A stretch of DNA of 64,000 nucleotides from Acidobacteriota bacterium (GCA_965209055.1 OZ242374.1:4416001-4480000); one strand, 5' to 3'. Shown: positions 18,895-28,818, numbered from the stretch's first letter. The notes: generated from the letters alone by a model not told the origin. Made by a program: numbers and translations.

Positions 18895-20420
18895 TAGCGC
18901 GTCCAGGCGAACCAGCGGGACAGGACCCGCCGCGCGCGGGGCGTGAGCCGGGTCCGGTTGAAGGCGTCTCCCACCTGTTTGATGGCCTCGGCCTGCGTCG
19001 GATACGGATGGATCACCTGGGAGATGGTCTTGAGGCCCAGGCCGCCGACCATGGCCAGCGTGATCTCGTTGATCATCTCACCGGCATGACGGGCGACCAC
19101 GGTGGCGCCGAGAATCTTGTCGGTTCCCTTCTCCACCAGGACGCTCACCATGCCACCTTCCTCCCCGTCGGTGATCGCCCGGTCCACGTCGGCAAAATCA
19201 CGCACGAAATGATCATAGGGAATCCCCTGCCGGGATGCCTCCCTGCAGTTCAGGCCCACGTGAGCCACCTCCGGATCCGTGTAGGTACACCAGGGGATGG
19301 TGAGGGCGCTGGCCTTTTTCCGTCCCATGAAGAGTGCATTCTGGATGACGATCCGAGCCAGGGCGTCGGCGGCATGAGTGAACTTGTATTGGGAGCAGAC
19401 GTCTCCGGCCGCGTAGATCCGTTTGTTGCTGGTCTGGAGTTGATCGTTCACCACGACGCCGCGGCGCCGGTCGAAATCGACGCCGGCCGCCTCCAGGCCC
19501 AGCCCCTCCACGTTGGGCGCCCGCCCGGCGGCCACCAGCACTTCGTCCACGGCGACCTGCCGTGTCTGACCGTTGCACTCGAGATGAACCCGTTTCTCGC
19601 CCGCCCGGCTCTCCACTCGAAACACTTTCGAATCGAGGAAGAGTCGGATCCCGTCGCGGCGAAATGCGTCCTGGACCCTTCGGCCGGCATCCTCGTCTTC
19701 CCGGTCCAGGATCTGAGGATGGCACTGGAAAACGGAGACCTGGGATCCGAAGCGGCCGAACGCCTGCGCCATCTCGCATCCGATGGGGCCCCCGCCGATG
19801 ACGCCCAACCGCGGGGGCAGCTCCGTCAATGAAAACAGCGTCTCGTTGGTGAGATAGCCGGATTCCGCCAAGCCCTCGATGGGTGGCGCCGCCGCCCGTC
19901 CTCCGGTAGCCACGACGGCTCGCGCGAAGCGCAATGTGTGCCCGCCCACCTGAACCGCGTCCCGGCTCACGAAACGGGCCTCTCCCAGAAAGACGTCCAC
20001 GCCCAGCTTCCGGAAGCGCTGGGCCGAGTCGTGGGCGGAGATCCCGGTGCGCAGCCGGCGCATGCGCTCCATGACCGAGGCGAAATCCACTTTCTCCCCG
20101 ACTGAAACGTCGACCCCGAACGCGCCGGCTTCACGGGCATCGGCTACGGCCCGCGAGGACCGGATGAGAGCCTTGGAGGGAACGCATCCCACGTTGAGAC
20201 AGTCGCCTCCCAAGAGGTGCTTCTCGATCAGGGCGCAACGTGCGCCGAGGCCGGTGGCTCCGGCCGCCGAAACCAGCCCCGCGGTTCCGCCTCCGATGGC
20301 CACCAGGTTGTAGCGGCCCGCCGGCTCGGGGTTGGTCCAATCCCCCGGATGGACCCGGGAGACCAGGAGCCGGTTGTGGGAATCCATGGGCAATAATTCA
20401 ACGGATCTCGATTCAGGCAT
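18894..20420 (-). CDS. class I pyridine nucleotide-disulfide oxidoreductase (MerA-like/LpdA-like, no C-terminal Cys pair)
   Basis: GGGTAG, GGDCLNVGCVPSK, GGGPIGCE, IYAAGD, HPYPTQAE. Confidence 0.9.
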   Translation of the reverse strand: MPESRSVELLPMDSHNRLLVSRVHPGDWTNPEPAGRYNLVAIGGGTAGLVSAAGATGLGARCALIEKHLLGGDCLNVGCVPSKALIRSSRAVADAREAGAFGVDVSVGEKVDFASVMERMRRLRTGISAHDSAQRFRKLGVDVFLGEARFVSRDAVQVGGHTLRFARAVVATGGRAAAPPIEGLAESGYLTNETLFSLTELPPRLGVIGGGPIGCEMAQAFGRFGSQVSVFQCHPQILDREDEDAGRRVQDAFRRDGIRLFLDSKVFRVESRAGEKRVHLECNGQTRQVAVDEVLVAAGRAPNVEGLGLEAAGVDFDRRRGVVVNDQLQTSNKRIYAAGDVCSQYKFTHAADALARIVIQNALFMGRKKASALTIPWCTYTDPEVAHVGLNCREASRQGIPYDHFVRDFADVDRAITDGEEGGMVSVLVEKGTDKILGATVVARHAGEMINEITLAMVGGLGLKTISQVIHPYPTQAEAIKQVGDAFNRTRLTPRARRVLSRWFAWTR

Positions 20421-20483
20421 GGAGCATTTCCAATGTTTCGGAACGTAATGGTTTCACTTCGTCCCCCCGGTTAGCGCGAGCAG

Positions 20484-21194
20484 CTACGACACCCTCTTGT
20501 CCAAGGCCCGGCGAGCCAGCCGGGTCACTTGAACGGTTACGGCCACCGCCGCCAGAAAGCCGACAACATAGAACACCGTTTCCGCCGGCGTCCGGGTTCG
20601 TCCTTCCTGGCCCAACATCGCGAGATCGCCCGCCAGGGAACCGATATAGACATAGAGTATGGTCCCGGGAAGCATGCCCAGCCAGGATGCCAGGACGTAG
20701 TGACGAACCTTGACCTGAGTGATCCCGAACGCGTAGTTGAGCAGATTGAAGGGAAACACGGGCGAGAGCCGCGTCAATCCGACGATCTTCCATCCCTCGC
20801 CGGCGACCGCTTCGTCGACGGCGGCGAAACGGGGATAGCCTCGCATCTTTTCGGCCACCCAATCGCGGGCCAGGTGGCGGCCGATCAGGAAGGACGCCGT
20901 CGCGCCCAGGGTCGAAGAAGCGGAGACCAGAACTGTCCCCCAGCCGAGCCCGAAGACGAAACCGGCCCCCAGAGTGAGTATGAACCCCGGCAGAAAAAGG
21001 ACCGTCGCCGCCACGTAGGCCAGGAGAAAGGCCACCGGGCCCCAGGGACCCAGCTCGGATACGGTCTGTAGAACCTGCCTGAGAAACGGCCCGATATCGT
21101 TCCGGATCATCAGAAGTACGACAACGACCAGCGCAGCCAGAAGCAATTTCCACAACCGGTTTCGTTTCCCCGGCGCTGAACTCTGTTGAGCCAC
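20484..21194 (-). CDS. TVP38/TMEM64 (DedA superfamily) membrane protein
   Basis: LTLGAGFVFG, RLSPVFPFNLLNY, GMLPGTILYVYIG; GTG 21194 with GGAGGGG RBS, 2 nt after the fdhD stop. Confidence 0.88.
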   Translation of the reverse strand: MAQQSSAPGKRNRLWKLLLAALVVVVLLMIRNDIGPFLRQVLQTVSELGPWGPVAFLLAYVAATVLFLPGFILTLGAGFVFGLGWGTVLVSASSTLGATASFLIGRHLARDWVAEKMRGYPRFAAVDEAVAGEGWKIVGLTRLSPVFPFNLLNYAFGITQVKVRHYVLASWLGMLPGTILYVYIGSLAGDLAMLGQEGRTRTPAETVFYVVGFLAAVAVTVQVTRLARRALDKRVS

Positions 21195-21196
21195 CT

Positions 21197-22123
21197 TTAC
21201 CCCTCCGCAACGACCGGAGCGGATTTCCAAGCGATCCGCCCGGCATGTGCATAGACGTTGAATCGGCCTGGACGCACGAAGCCCACCAACGTCATCCCGA
21301 AGTCGCGGGCGAGCGCCACCGCCAGGCTCGAGGGCGCACTCACCGCCACCACCATGGCGATTCCGGCCATGACCGCTTTCTGAAGGATCTCGAAGCTGGT
21401 TCGTCCGCTGACCATCATCAGACGGTCTTCCAGCGGCAGCCTTCCTCTGAGAACCTCCCGGCCGATCAGCTTGTCGACGGCATTGTGCCGGCCCACGTCC
21501 TCCCGCAACGAGAGAAGGTCGCCGCCGCCATCGAACAATCCGGCCGCGTGCAGGCCTCCCGTCTGCCGGAACACCTTCTGCCCGGCCCTCAACGCCGGAC
21601 CCAGCCCCTCGATCACCCGGCTGTCCACTCTGGGCCGGTCCGCCAGGATCTTCCGGGACGGGTGGACCCGCAGCGTCTGGAGCGATGCCTTTCCGCAGAC
21701 GCCGCAACTGGAGGTGGTGTAGAAGTGCCTGTCAAGCCGCGTGTCGTCGAAATCGACCCCCGGCCGCAGGTCGACCCGGACCCCGTTGTGGAGATCGCCC
21801 TCCGAATTCCTGGAAGGAAAGACCCCCTCGATGTCCTGAGACCGGAGGACGATTCCCTCCGTGTAGAGGAATCCGGCCGCCAACTCGCGGTCGTGCCCCG
21901 GCGTGCGCATGGTGATGGAAAGGGTCTTCTCCACGCGTTTCTCCCGGGAGGTGTATCCCAGGAGAATCTCCAGGGGCTCCTCGACCGCCAACAGGTCCGA
22001 CTCGATCCGCGCCGTGCCCTTCTCGACCTTCCGGACCTGGACGAACCGGACTCGGGCAGGCTGGGTTTCAGGGCTGTCCGCAAGCTGTAAGTCGGGAGTT
22101 CGGTTCGGGTCATCCGTCTGCAT
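21197..22123 (-). CDS. fdhD: formate dehydrogenase accessory sulfurtransferase FdhD
   Basis: AVEEPL, TMRTPGHD, SSCGVCG, TGGLHAA, REDVGRHNAVDK, SAPSSLA. Confidence 0.95.
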   Translation of the reverse strand: MQTDDPNRTPDLQLADSPETQPARVRFVQVRKVEKGTARIESDLLAVEEPLEILLGYTSREKRVEKTLSITMRTPGHDRELAAGFLYTEGIVLRSQDIEGVFPSRNSEGDLHNGVRVDLRPGVDFDDTRLDRHFYTTSSCGVCGKASLQTLRVHPSRKILADRPRVDSRVIEGLGPALRAGQKVFRQTGGLHAAGLFDGGGDLLSLREDVGRHNAVDKLIGREVLRGRLPLEDRLMMVSGRTSFEILQKAVMAGIAMVVAVSAPSSLAVALARDFGMTLVGFVRPGRFNVYAHAGRIAWKSAPVVAEG

Positions 22124-22271
22124 GTTTCGCCCAGCGTCGCACACTCGGCCGGTCACACGGTCGCCTTTATCATAACAACCCCCGGCTTTGGAGAGCAGAC
22201 GCATGACGAAACCGGCCCGCATCGGAGACGAACGGGCCATGAGTGCCCACCCGGACTGTTAGACTCGGCGG

Positions 22272-22649
22272 ATGGCGGTGCGCCTGGACAAGTGGCTGCA
22301 GGTGGCCCGGGTCTTCAAGACCCGGAGCCAAGCCACTCGGGCCTGCGTTGCGGGAAGGGTCCGAGTGGGAGGCGCCGTGGCCAAGGCCCACCGGAAGGTG
22401 TCGGTGGAGGATCGCATCGAGGTGCGCCTGAAGGGCCGGACCCGCGTCCTGCGGGTCAAGGAAATCCAGGGCAGACCGGTTCCCAAGGCCCAGGCCCGCA
22501 CCCTGTACGAAGATCTGAGCGTGGAGCCGCTCCGGAGCCCCGCCGACCCTTTCGGAGGGATGCCGCCCGCGCCACGAAGCGTCAAGGGCCGTCCGACCAA
22601 GCGGGATCGAAGGCGGATCGACCGCTGGCGGCGTGACACTCCTGCTTGA
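22272..22649 (+). CDS. hslR: S4-domain ribosome-associated heat shock protein Hsp15
   Basis: VRLDKWLQVARVFKTRSQA, LYED, GRPTKRDRR. Confidence 0.9.
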   Translation: MAVRLDKWLQVARVFKTRSQATRACVAGRVRVGGAVAKAHRKVSVEDRIEVRLKGRTRVLRVKEIQGRPVPKAQARTLYEDLSVEPLRSPADPFGGMPPAPRSVKGRPTKRDRRRIDRWRRDTPA

Positions 22650-22651
22650 GT

Positions 22652-23281
22652 TCAGCCAGCCTGGTAGACAAGAAGGTCTTCCCGTTCGAGTTCGTCCGAC
22701 TGCGAAACCCTGAGCCGCGCGGCGTCCAGGTCCATGCTGGCGATGAAGGGAAGATTGCGGTATCGATCCTGGTAGTCCAGACCGTACCCGATCAGGAATG
22801 CGCCACTGGCCTGAAATCCCACGTAACGGATGGGGACCTCCACCAGTCGAAGATCCGGCCGGTCCAGGAGAGTGCAGATCTCAATGGACGCCGGGTTCCT
22901 CCGAGTCAGAAGTCCGAGAAGGGAGTGGGCGGTCAGACCCGTATCGATGATGTCCTCCACCAGCAACACATGCCGTCCGGTGATCTCCTCCTGCAGGTCC
23001 TTGAGGAGCCGGACCCGGCCCTGGTCCCGCCGGGGATGGTAGCGGCTGACGGAGATGAAATCGAGACTGACCGGTGTGGCCATGCTCCGGATCAGATCGC
23101 AGGTGAAGACCAAAGCCCCCTTCAGGATTCCCACGACCATGAGGTCCCGGCCCCGGTAGTCCCGTTCGATCCGAAACGCCAGTTCCACGACCCGTTTCAG
23201 AATCGTGGCCTCGTCGTACACGATCTCATCGACGACGGAATGGAAGGGCTTCTTCACCGTTGGGGAGAGAATCTCGCTCAT
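22652..23281 (-). CDS. hpt: hypoxanthine phosphoribosyltransferase
   Basis: GILKGA, PRPP motif VEDIIDTGLT, GYGLDY..RNLP. Confidence 0.92.
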   Translation of the reverse strand: MSEILSPTVKKPFHSVVDEIVYDEATILKRVVELAFRIERDYRGRDLMVVGILKGALVFTCDLIRSMATPVSLDFISVSRYHPRRDQGRVRLLKDLQEEITGRHVLLVEDIIDTGLTAHSLLGLLTRRNPASIEICTLLDRPDLRLVEVPIRYVGFQASGAFLIGYGLDYQDRYRNLPFIASMDLDAARLRVSQSDELEREDLLVYQAG

Positions 23282-23622
23282 GCCAGAGTTCCGAACTTGA
23301 AGAGAAGCTTCCGATAGTCCCGCCCGTAGAGAACCTTCAGCTTCAGGTCGGGATAGAGCTGGCGCATCCGCCGTATTTTCCGATTCTTCGGAGTCACCAG
23401 GCTCTGTTTCATGGTGGTCAATTCCACAAAGAGCTCAAACTGCGGCAGGTAGAAATCGGGCGTGAAACTCCGGATCACCCGGCCCTCGGCATCGTGGTCC
23501 AAGGGAAAACAGACCGGCTCGTAACGCCACTCGACCCGGTAGAAGTCCAGAAACCGGGCGAAGTTGGCCTCACTCTCGTGAGCGAAGTGCGACTGTGCTG
23601 GAGGACGGCCTGCCTTGACCAT
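23278..23622 (-). CDS. hypothetical protein with PD-(D/E)xK nuclease-like motifs, coupled to hpt
   Basis: FAHESE...WRYEP...FTPDFYLP...FVELTT; ATGA overlap with the hpt start. Confidence 0.78.
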   Translation of the reverse strand: MVKAGRPPAQSHFAHESEANFARFLDFYRVEWRYEPVCFPLDHDAEGRVIRSFTPDFYLPQFELFVELTTMKQSLVTPKNRKIRRMRQLYPDLKLKVLYGRDYRKLLFKFGTLA

Positions 23623-23668
23623 GCTGGCCGCTTGTTTCTATCAGAACGCTCTGACGGATCGTGGTGTC

Positions 23669-26600
23669 TCAGTGTCCGGAGGAGGGCGGAACCGAGGAAA
23701 GAAAGGTGCGGCCGTTGCCGAACAGCTCCTGGGCGACCACTCGGCCCGGGCTCGATTCCAGGACCACGAATCCGCCCAGGAGGCCCCGGGTCGGGGGAAC
23801 CAGGTTCTGGATCAGGTCGGAGAATCTGGCCTTGGGCTGCATGGCGATCCCGCCGGCCTCACCCTGCAGGACTCCCTGCGAGTCGTACACCTGGAGGCTC
23901 ACATCCGTGGCGACATCGCCCGGATTGAAGACCGCGATCCCGGTGAAGATCGGCGGCAACGTATCTCCGGTCCTGCGCTCGCCATTGGCCACCTGGCTGA
24001 AGACCGCCCGTCTCAGGGGTTCGGTCTGCAGTGTCAGGGCGGCCGCGTATTCCCCGCCGACGGGGTCTCCGAAAATGACGTCGCCGATCAATCCCGGATG
24101 TGTGCTGTCCACCGCTACGGAACCGACCAGGATCGATTGCGGCGGCGCCTCCAGGCCGAAGACCTCCGACGCGTTCCCCTGGAAGCTCTCCCGGGGTGCA
24201 AGTCGGAGCCGGTAGGGCCGGCCCAACTGCATCCCGTCCGATTGAAAAGCCACCAGCCGGACGTCCGTTTCCTCTTCCCCGGAGTTGATCAGCTTGATGC
24301 TGGTGAAGTACCCGCCGGCGTCTCCGGTCCCTTCCCCGCTCGCCAACTGGGCCGAGTAGAGACTTCGCGCCGTTCCGGTTTCGGTGGCGTTGAGCCCCAG
24401 GACCGTGTCCCCCAACTCGATCAATTCGAATCCCACCACCCCGGGACCTTGCGTGACCTCGACCCGGACGTGACCATGGGAGACGCCCCCCAGCGGGCCG
24501 AAGAGCTCCGTAATCGATCCTGCCAGCCGGCTCTGGCCGGCGAGATTGAAGATTTCCGGACCCGCCAGTGAAACTCCGTCCGATCCGAACAGGGTCAGGC
24601 GCACGGTGGACCGCTGATCTGCGGGATTCGCCAGGGCCAGCGTTGTCCGCGCCGCCTGATCGCTGTCTTCGGAAGGAAATGCGCCCGGACCTTCGAAGAT
24701 CCGGGTGAAATACAGCAGGCGCGAACCGGAGGAGAACGCCACCGCTCCATCCATCTTGGTGGATGGCCCCGTGAGGCCGTTGCCGTAGAGGAAGAAACCG
24801 GCCAACTCGGGCGTCGATGATCGTATCCGCATCCAGCCCTCGCGCCGGGCGCTCAATTGGGCCTCGAAAAACTCCCGGCCCAGTTGCGCCAACTGCTGAC
24901 CGGCCCCCACCCGGCGGACGCTGGGATTCAAGGGGAAGAGTGGATCACCCTGATCCGAAAACACCTCCACCGCCATGACGGCGTCGGTCCTGGAGTCGTT
25001 GGTGACGGCGAAACCGCTGAAATCGTTGGTGTCCCCCCGATAGAAGGGAAAGAGCAGTTCCCGGCCCGGAGCGGTGAAGAGGACCTGCCGGCCGGACAGA
25101 TCGAAGTCGTTCTGCGGGAAAACCTGGTACAGGCCCGAAGGCCCGAACTGGTAGGCCACCGGTTCCTCGCTGAAGTCGACAGATCGCGCGGCGGCGCGGG
25201 AACCGGGAGTGATGCCCACAATGGCCTGAATATCATCCGGGTCCGGGAGGACGTCCACCTGCCCGTAGTCCAGCAGGATGTCTCCGTTGGAAAACAGGGT
25301 CACCGAAAAATCGTTCTCGGGCCGTCTAACCCCCAGGGAGAACTCGGGAACCCCGTCCCAAATGAAGCTCAATGCCCCCTCTCCGAGCTCGGCCCGGATC
25401 TCACCGCCGGCCTCGGGGTCCAGATCGCTGAAGAAGAGGGCGATGCGGGGAGGACCGTCAAGGAAGCGCCTTTCGCTTCGGGGGACTCCGGGCTGCCCGT
25501 CGCCGATTCCGAACGTCAGGTTCCCATCGCTGTTGACCACCACCTCGGTGTAGGTGGTGCCATAGAACGGAAACGAGAATCCTTCCGGAAATTCGAAAAT
25601 CATCTCACCGTCGTCTTCGAGGAGCGAGAGTTGATTCACTTCTTCGTTGGTCTGCAGATCGATTCCGGAGACGACCTCACCCGCGGCGACCTCCACGACC
25701 ACCTTCTCCGCCGGATCATCCTCCGACGTCCCCGATTCGCCGGCGCCGTTGTAGAAATCCTTGGGGAATCCGGTGAAACGGACATCGTAAGGGCCCACCG
25801 AGCTGCCCTCGGTAAAACTGGGATCCAGGGGTTCGACGAAGACCACATAGGTCCCGGGCGGCAGGCCGGGCAACTGATAGGAGCCGTCATCGGTAACCAG
25901 GAAATCGGAGACCACCCCCACCTGCCCACCCTTGACTTCCGTCAGCTTGCCTGCCGCATCGAGTTCCACCGCCGCCGCCACCACGTTGGCGCCGAGAACG
26001 GGGGCTCCGGTCCGCCTCAGCACCCGTCCCCGGATGGTGCCGGTATTGGCAGCAAAAGACTCCTCCGGATACAGCCAGGAGATCCAGATCGCATCGTCCA
26101 GCAGCGGCTCGTTCGGTCCGAAGAACGATCCTATGGGGTACATCACCGGAACGAAGGCCACATCCCCGAGATCGTCGCTCTGGAACCATTCATAGCCCGC
26201 CTGGGTATGGTCCAATCCCAGGAGGTGGCCGATCTCGTGCATCGTTACACGGTAGAAATCGTCCGGCTGGGATGCCGGGTTTCTGCCGATTACGGTGTAC
26301 CCGAACTCGTACTCAAGGGCGTCTTCGTCGACAAATCGGATCGCGGCGAATCCCAGAATGTTCTCGCCGGCCCCCTCTCCGAAAACCAGGTTGCCGATCT
26401 CGCCGTCCTGGTCGAAGATGATGAGGTTCTCGGGGCGGCGGCTTCCCGCATATTCGGTGAAGTTGGAACCATCGACGTTCTCCTCCAGAAACCGGGGCTC
26501 GGGATTCCGGACCTGGAGCGTCGAGGTCTCCACGTCCTCCCACACCTGAAAAGCCTCGTGGACCCGCCTCCCCAGATGAGCCCATCGAGTTTCGGAGAAC

Positions 26601-26779
26601 TCCTGATCGATCAGGTACAGGACCGGCTTGCCGGCATTCCACTTGAGGACTCGTCCGCCCCGGAGAACGTCGCGGGGTCCGCCGGCGAAGAGGGATGATC
26701 CCAGCGCGAGGATCAGCCCCGTGACGAGGAAGGCGCCGGCACCCGGAGCCGGGCGCGGGCCGGGTTCGCGGGTCGTCAT
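23669..26779 (-). CDS. large secreted matrixin-like (metzincin) metalloprotease with Ig-like, NIDO-like and repeated C-terminal beta domains
   Basis: HEIGHLLGLDH zinc motif, VMYP Met-turn, GTIRGRV...GSYQLPGLPPGTY, FSFPFYG...NSDGNLTF; ATG 26779 overlaps the upstream stop. Confidence 0.85.
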   Translation of the reverse strand: MTTREPGPRPAPGAGAFLVTGLILALGSSLFAGGPRDVLRGGRVLKWNAGKPVLYLIDQEFSETRWAHLGRRVHEAFQVWEDVETSTLQVRNPEPRFLEENVDGSNFTEYAGSRRPENLIIFDQDGEIGNLVFGEGAGENILGFAAIRFVDEDALEYEFGYTVIGRNPASQPDDFYRVTMHEIGHLLGLDHTQAGYEWFQSDDLGDVAFVPVMYPIGSFFGPNEPLLDDAIWISWLYPEESFAANTGTIRGRVLRRTGAPVLGANVVAAAVELDAAGKLTEVKGGQVGVVSDFLVTDDGSYQLPGLPPGTYVVFVEPLDPSFTEGSSVGPYDVRFTGFPKDFYNGAGESGTSEDDPAEKVVVEVAAGEVVSGIDLQTNEEVNQLSLLEDDGEMIFEFPEGFSFPFYGTTYTEVVVNSDGNLTFGIGDGQPGVPRSERRFLDGPPRIALFFSDLDPEAGGEIRAELGEGALSFIWDGVPEFSLGVRRPENDFSVTLFSNGDILLDYGQVDVLPDPDDIQAIVGITPGSRAAARSVDFSEEPVAYQFGPSGLYQVFPQNDFDLSGRQVLFTAPGRELLFPFYRGDTNDFSGFAVTNDSRTDAVMAVEVFSDQGDPLFPLNPSVRRVGAGQQLAQLGREFFEAQLSARREGWMRIRSSTPELAGFFLYGNGLTGPSTKMDGAVAFSSGSRLLYFTRIFEGPGAFPSEDSDQAARTTLALANPADQRSTVRLTLFGSDGVSLAGPEIFNLAGQSRLAGSITELFGPLGGVSHGHVRVEVTQGPGVVGFELIELGDTVLGLNATETGTARSLYSAQLASGEGTGDAGGYFTSIKLINSGEEETDVRLVAFQSDGMQLGRPYRLRLAPRESFQGNASEVFGLEAPPQSILVGSVAVDSTHPGLIGDVIFGDPVGGEYAAALTLQTEPLRRAVFSQVANGERRTGDTLPPIFTGIAVFNPGDVATDVSLQVYDSQGVLQGEAGGIAMQPKARFSDLIQNLVPPTRGLLGGFVVLESSPGRVVAQELFGNGRTFLSSVPPSSGH

Positions 26780-27468
26780 CTTGAGGTGGGCTCCAGCGCC
26801 ACCCAATAGCGATCGATTCTCCGAACCACCGACTCGAACCGATCCAGAGAGATCGGAGCTCCAGGCCGCAACGCCGCCTGTTCCCCGGCGCTGAGAGTCG
26901 AACCGCGAATCTGGCCGGAACTCGCCCGATGCAGGAGATTAGCGTTGCCCACCCGGTTCAATACGGCCTGTCCCCCGCGGCCGTCCTTGCCCACCCGGAA
27001 CATGCCCTGGGCCAGGCCCACGGGACTGGTGAGTCCCAATCGGCTGTCGGGATAGAGGAACAGGAGGATTTCCTGGCCGGAGGAGAACTCGGGCAGGCCG
27101 CGGATACCTCCGGCCGGGCCGCCGCTCAACTGCCGAAACCGGATGGACTCGTTGGCTTGGGCTCCCTTGATCCCCCGCAGGACCTCGAAGGTATAGGTCT
27201 TCATGGGAAGACCGGTGGACGGCTCCCGGCCCGGTTCCGCCTGAAGGCATCGTCCCCAGAAGATGCGGTCCGCGGCTCGGACCATTTCGAAGAGATTGAT
27301 GGGCTCCACGCTCGCGGCCCCGAGCCGCGAAAACCAAAGCAGGAGAATGGCGGCGATCCAACAGACCGAAAGAGCCAGCGATCGGACCCGCCTGGCGCGA
27401 ACCGACTCCGCAATCGGACCTGCCGCCACGATCTTGTCTCCGACTTCTCCGTTCCCTATGCTGGCCAT
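26776..27468 (-). CDS. secreted/membrane-anchored hypothetical protein, partner of the protease
   Basis: Hydrophobic N-terminal segment, EMVRAADRIFWG, GLPEF..GQEILLFL, SPVGLAQGMF; start uncertain. Confidence 0.7.
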   Translation of the reverse strand: MASIGNGEVGDKIVAAGPIAESVRARRVRSLALSVCWIAAILLLWFSRLGAASVEPINLFEMVRAADRIFWGRCLQAEPGREPSTGLPMKTYTFEVLRGIKGAQANESIRFRQLSGGPAGGIRGLPEFSSGQEILLFLYPDSRLGLTSPVGLAQGMFRVGKDGRGGQAVLNRVGNANLLHRASSGQIRGSTLSAGEQAALRPGAPISLDRFESVVRRIDRYWVALEPTSR

Positions 27469-27561
27469 GTCGCTTGTCCCGATTCCATATTGCTTCGGCT
27501 TTCCCAAAGCCCTGCACCTCTTCATACTGATGCATTCCGGGTAACGGAGTTTCAATCTCCC

Positions 27562-28818
27562 ATGACCGAATCCAGCCTTGAGGAGACGGCAGAGAAGATC
27601 TTCGGGTCCCAGGACCCGGCCGCAGTCGCCCATTGGGTCGATTACTGGAATCGGGGGCAGGAGCGGAATCTCGACCTGCTCCGCTCATTCGAGGAGGTGT
27701 TCCTTCTGGACCTGGGCAAACAGCGGGTCCTGGATGCCGGCTGCGGCGTCGGGAGCATGGGGGAAGTCCTCCGGGAGCGTTGCGGCCACTACGTCGGCGT
27801 GGACGTGAATCGTCACGTCCTCCGGTTTTCGACCCCCGCCGCCCGGAGGTCGTACGTTCAGGCCAGCGGCCTCGCGCTCCCTTTCGCGGAGCGGTCCTTC
27901 GATTGCATCTTCGCGTTCGACGTTCTGGAGCATCTGCCGGGGGGACTCCCGAACCAGATTCGTTTTCTGACGGAGCTGCGCCGGGTGCTCAAACCCATGG
28001 GCACGATTCTCTTCACGACTCCCAACTCCTGGTATCCCTACGACGCCCATTCCCGCAGCTACTTCGCGCACTATCTTCCGGTGCGGCTGGCCGACTGGAT
28101 TCATCGGCGCCGCCGTCCGTCGTTCCTGAAGGAGCACGGTTCGACCGCCAACATTCCCCTGCTCACCCCTCGCCGTCTCCGGGAGTGCATCGAGGACAGC
28201 GGCCTCGCTCTTCTGCACGAATTGCCCTGCTGCCTGGATCGAAGCCAAGTGTTTCGGCTGTCTCCGTTGAAATCCACCTTTGCCAATCTGGGGTTGGATT
28301 GGTATCCGCACGCCGAGTTCTGGGGAATTCTGTGCCGTCCCGTGTCCCGCTCCAGCCTCCGCTTGAAGCTCAGGACCCGCCTGGACAAGGTGGATGGGAA
28401 CTCATCGCAAGTTGTTTGGGAGGACTTCGCCTCCGGAATCGACTTTGAGCGGAAACCCTTTTCCCACCAACTGGACCGCGGGTGGTACGCCCGGGAGCAA
28501 GGGCCCCCGGCGTTCCGGTGGATCGCCCGGGAAGCCCTCTGCTACCTGCAGGTCAGGAGCCCCGTGTCGCGCCTGCGGATACGAGGTTTCAGCCTCCGGC
28601 AGAGTCGGCTTCAGATCTGGGTCAACGGAATTCGAGTCGGCGAACACCCGATGCCTCCAGTAATGGATTTCGATCTCGATTTTTTCCTGCCTTTTTCGCC
28701 ATCTGAGGACAGTATGGTAAAGGTTCTTCTCAAGTGCGAGCGGACCTATCGGGCGGAGCATCCGGACGACCGAAGAAACCTGGGAGCCGTGGTTCGGGCT
28801 CTGGAACTGCTGCCATGA
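27562..28818 (+). CDS. class I SAM-dependent methyltransferase with C-terminal beta domain
   Basis: VLDAGCGVG, LPFAERSFD, DVLEHL, RVLKPMG..TTPN; C-terminal GWY..E...FRW module. Start moved to ATG 27562. Confidence 0.85.
   Translation: MTESSLEETAEKIFGSQDPAAVAHWVDYWNRGQERNLDLLRSFEEVFLLDLGKQRVLDAGCGVGSMGEVLRERCGHYVGVDVNRHVLRFSTPAARRSYVQASGLALPFAERSFDCIFAFDVLEHLPGGLPNQIRFLTELRRVLKPMGTILFTTPNSWYPYDAHSRSYFAHYLPVRLADWIHRRRRPSFLKEHGSTANIPLLTPRRLRECIEDSGLALLHELPCCLDRSQVFRLSPLKSTFANLGLDWYPHAEFWGILCRPVSRSSLRLKLRTRLDKVDGNSSQVVWEDFASGIDFERKPFSHQLDRGWYAREQGPPAFRWIAREALCYLQVRSPVSRLRIRGFSLRQSRLQIWVNGIRVGEHPMPPVMDFDLDFFLPFSPSEDSMVKVLLKCERTYRAEHPDDRRNLGAVVRALELLP

Noticed and set aside
18894-20420. merA / mercury resistance
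   Set aside because: No C-terminal Cys-Cys pair, no NmerA domain and no mer genes nearby.
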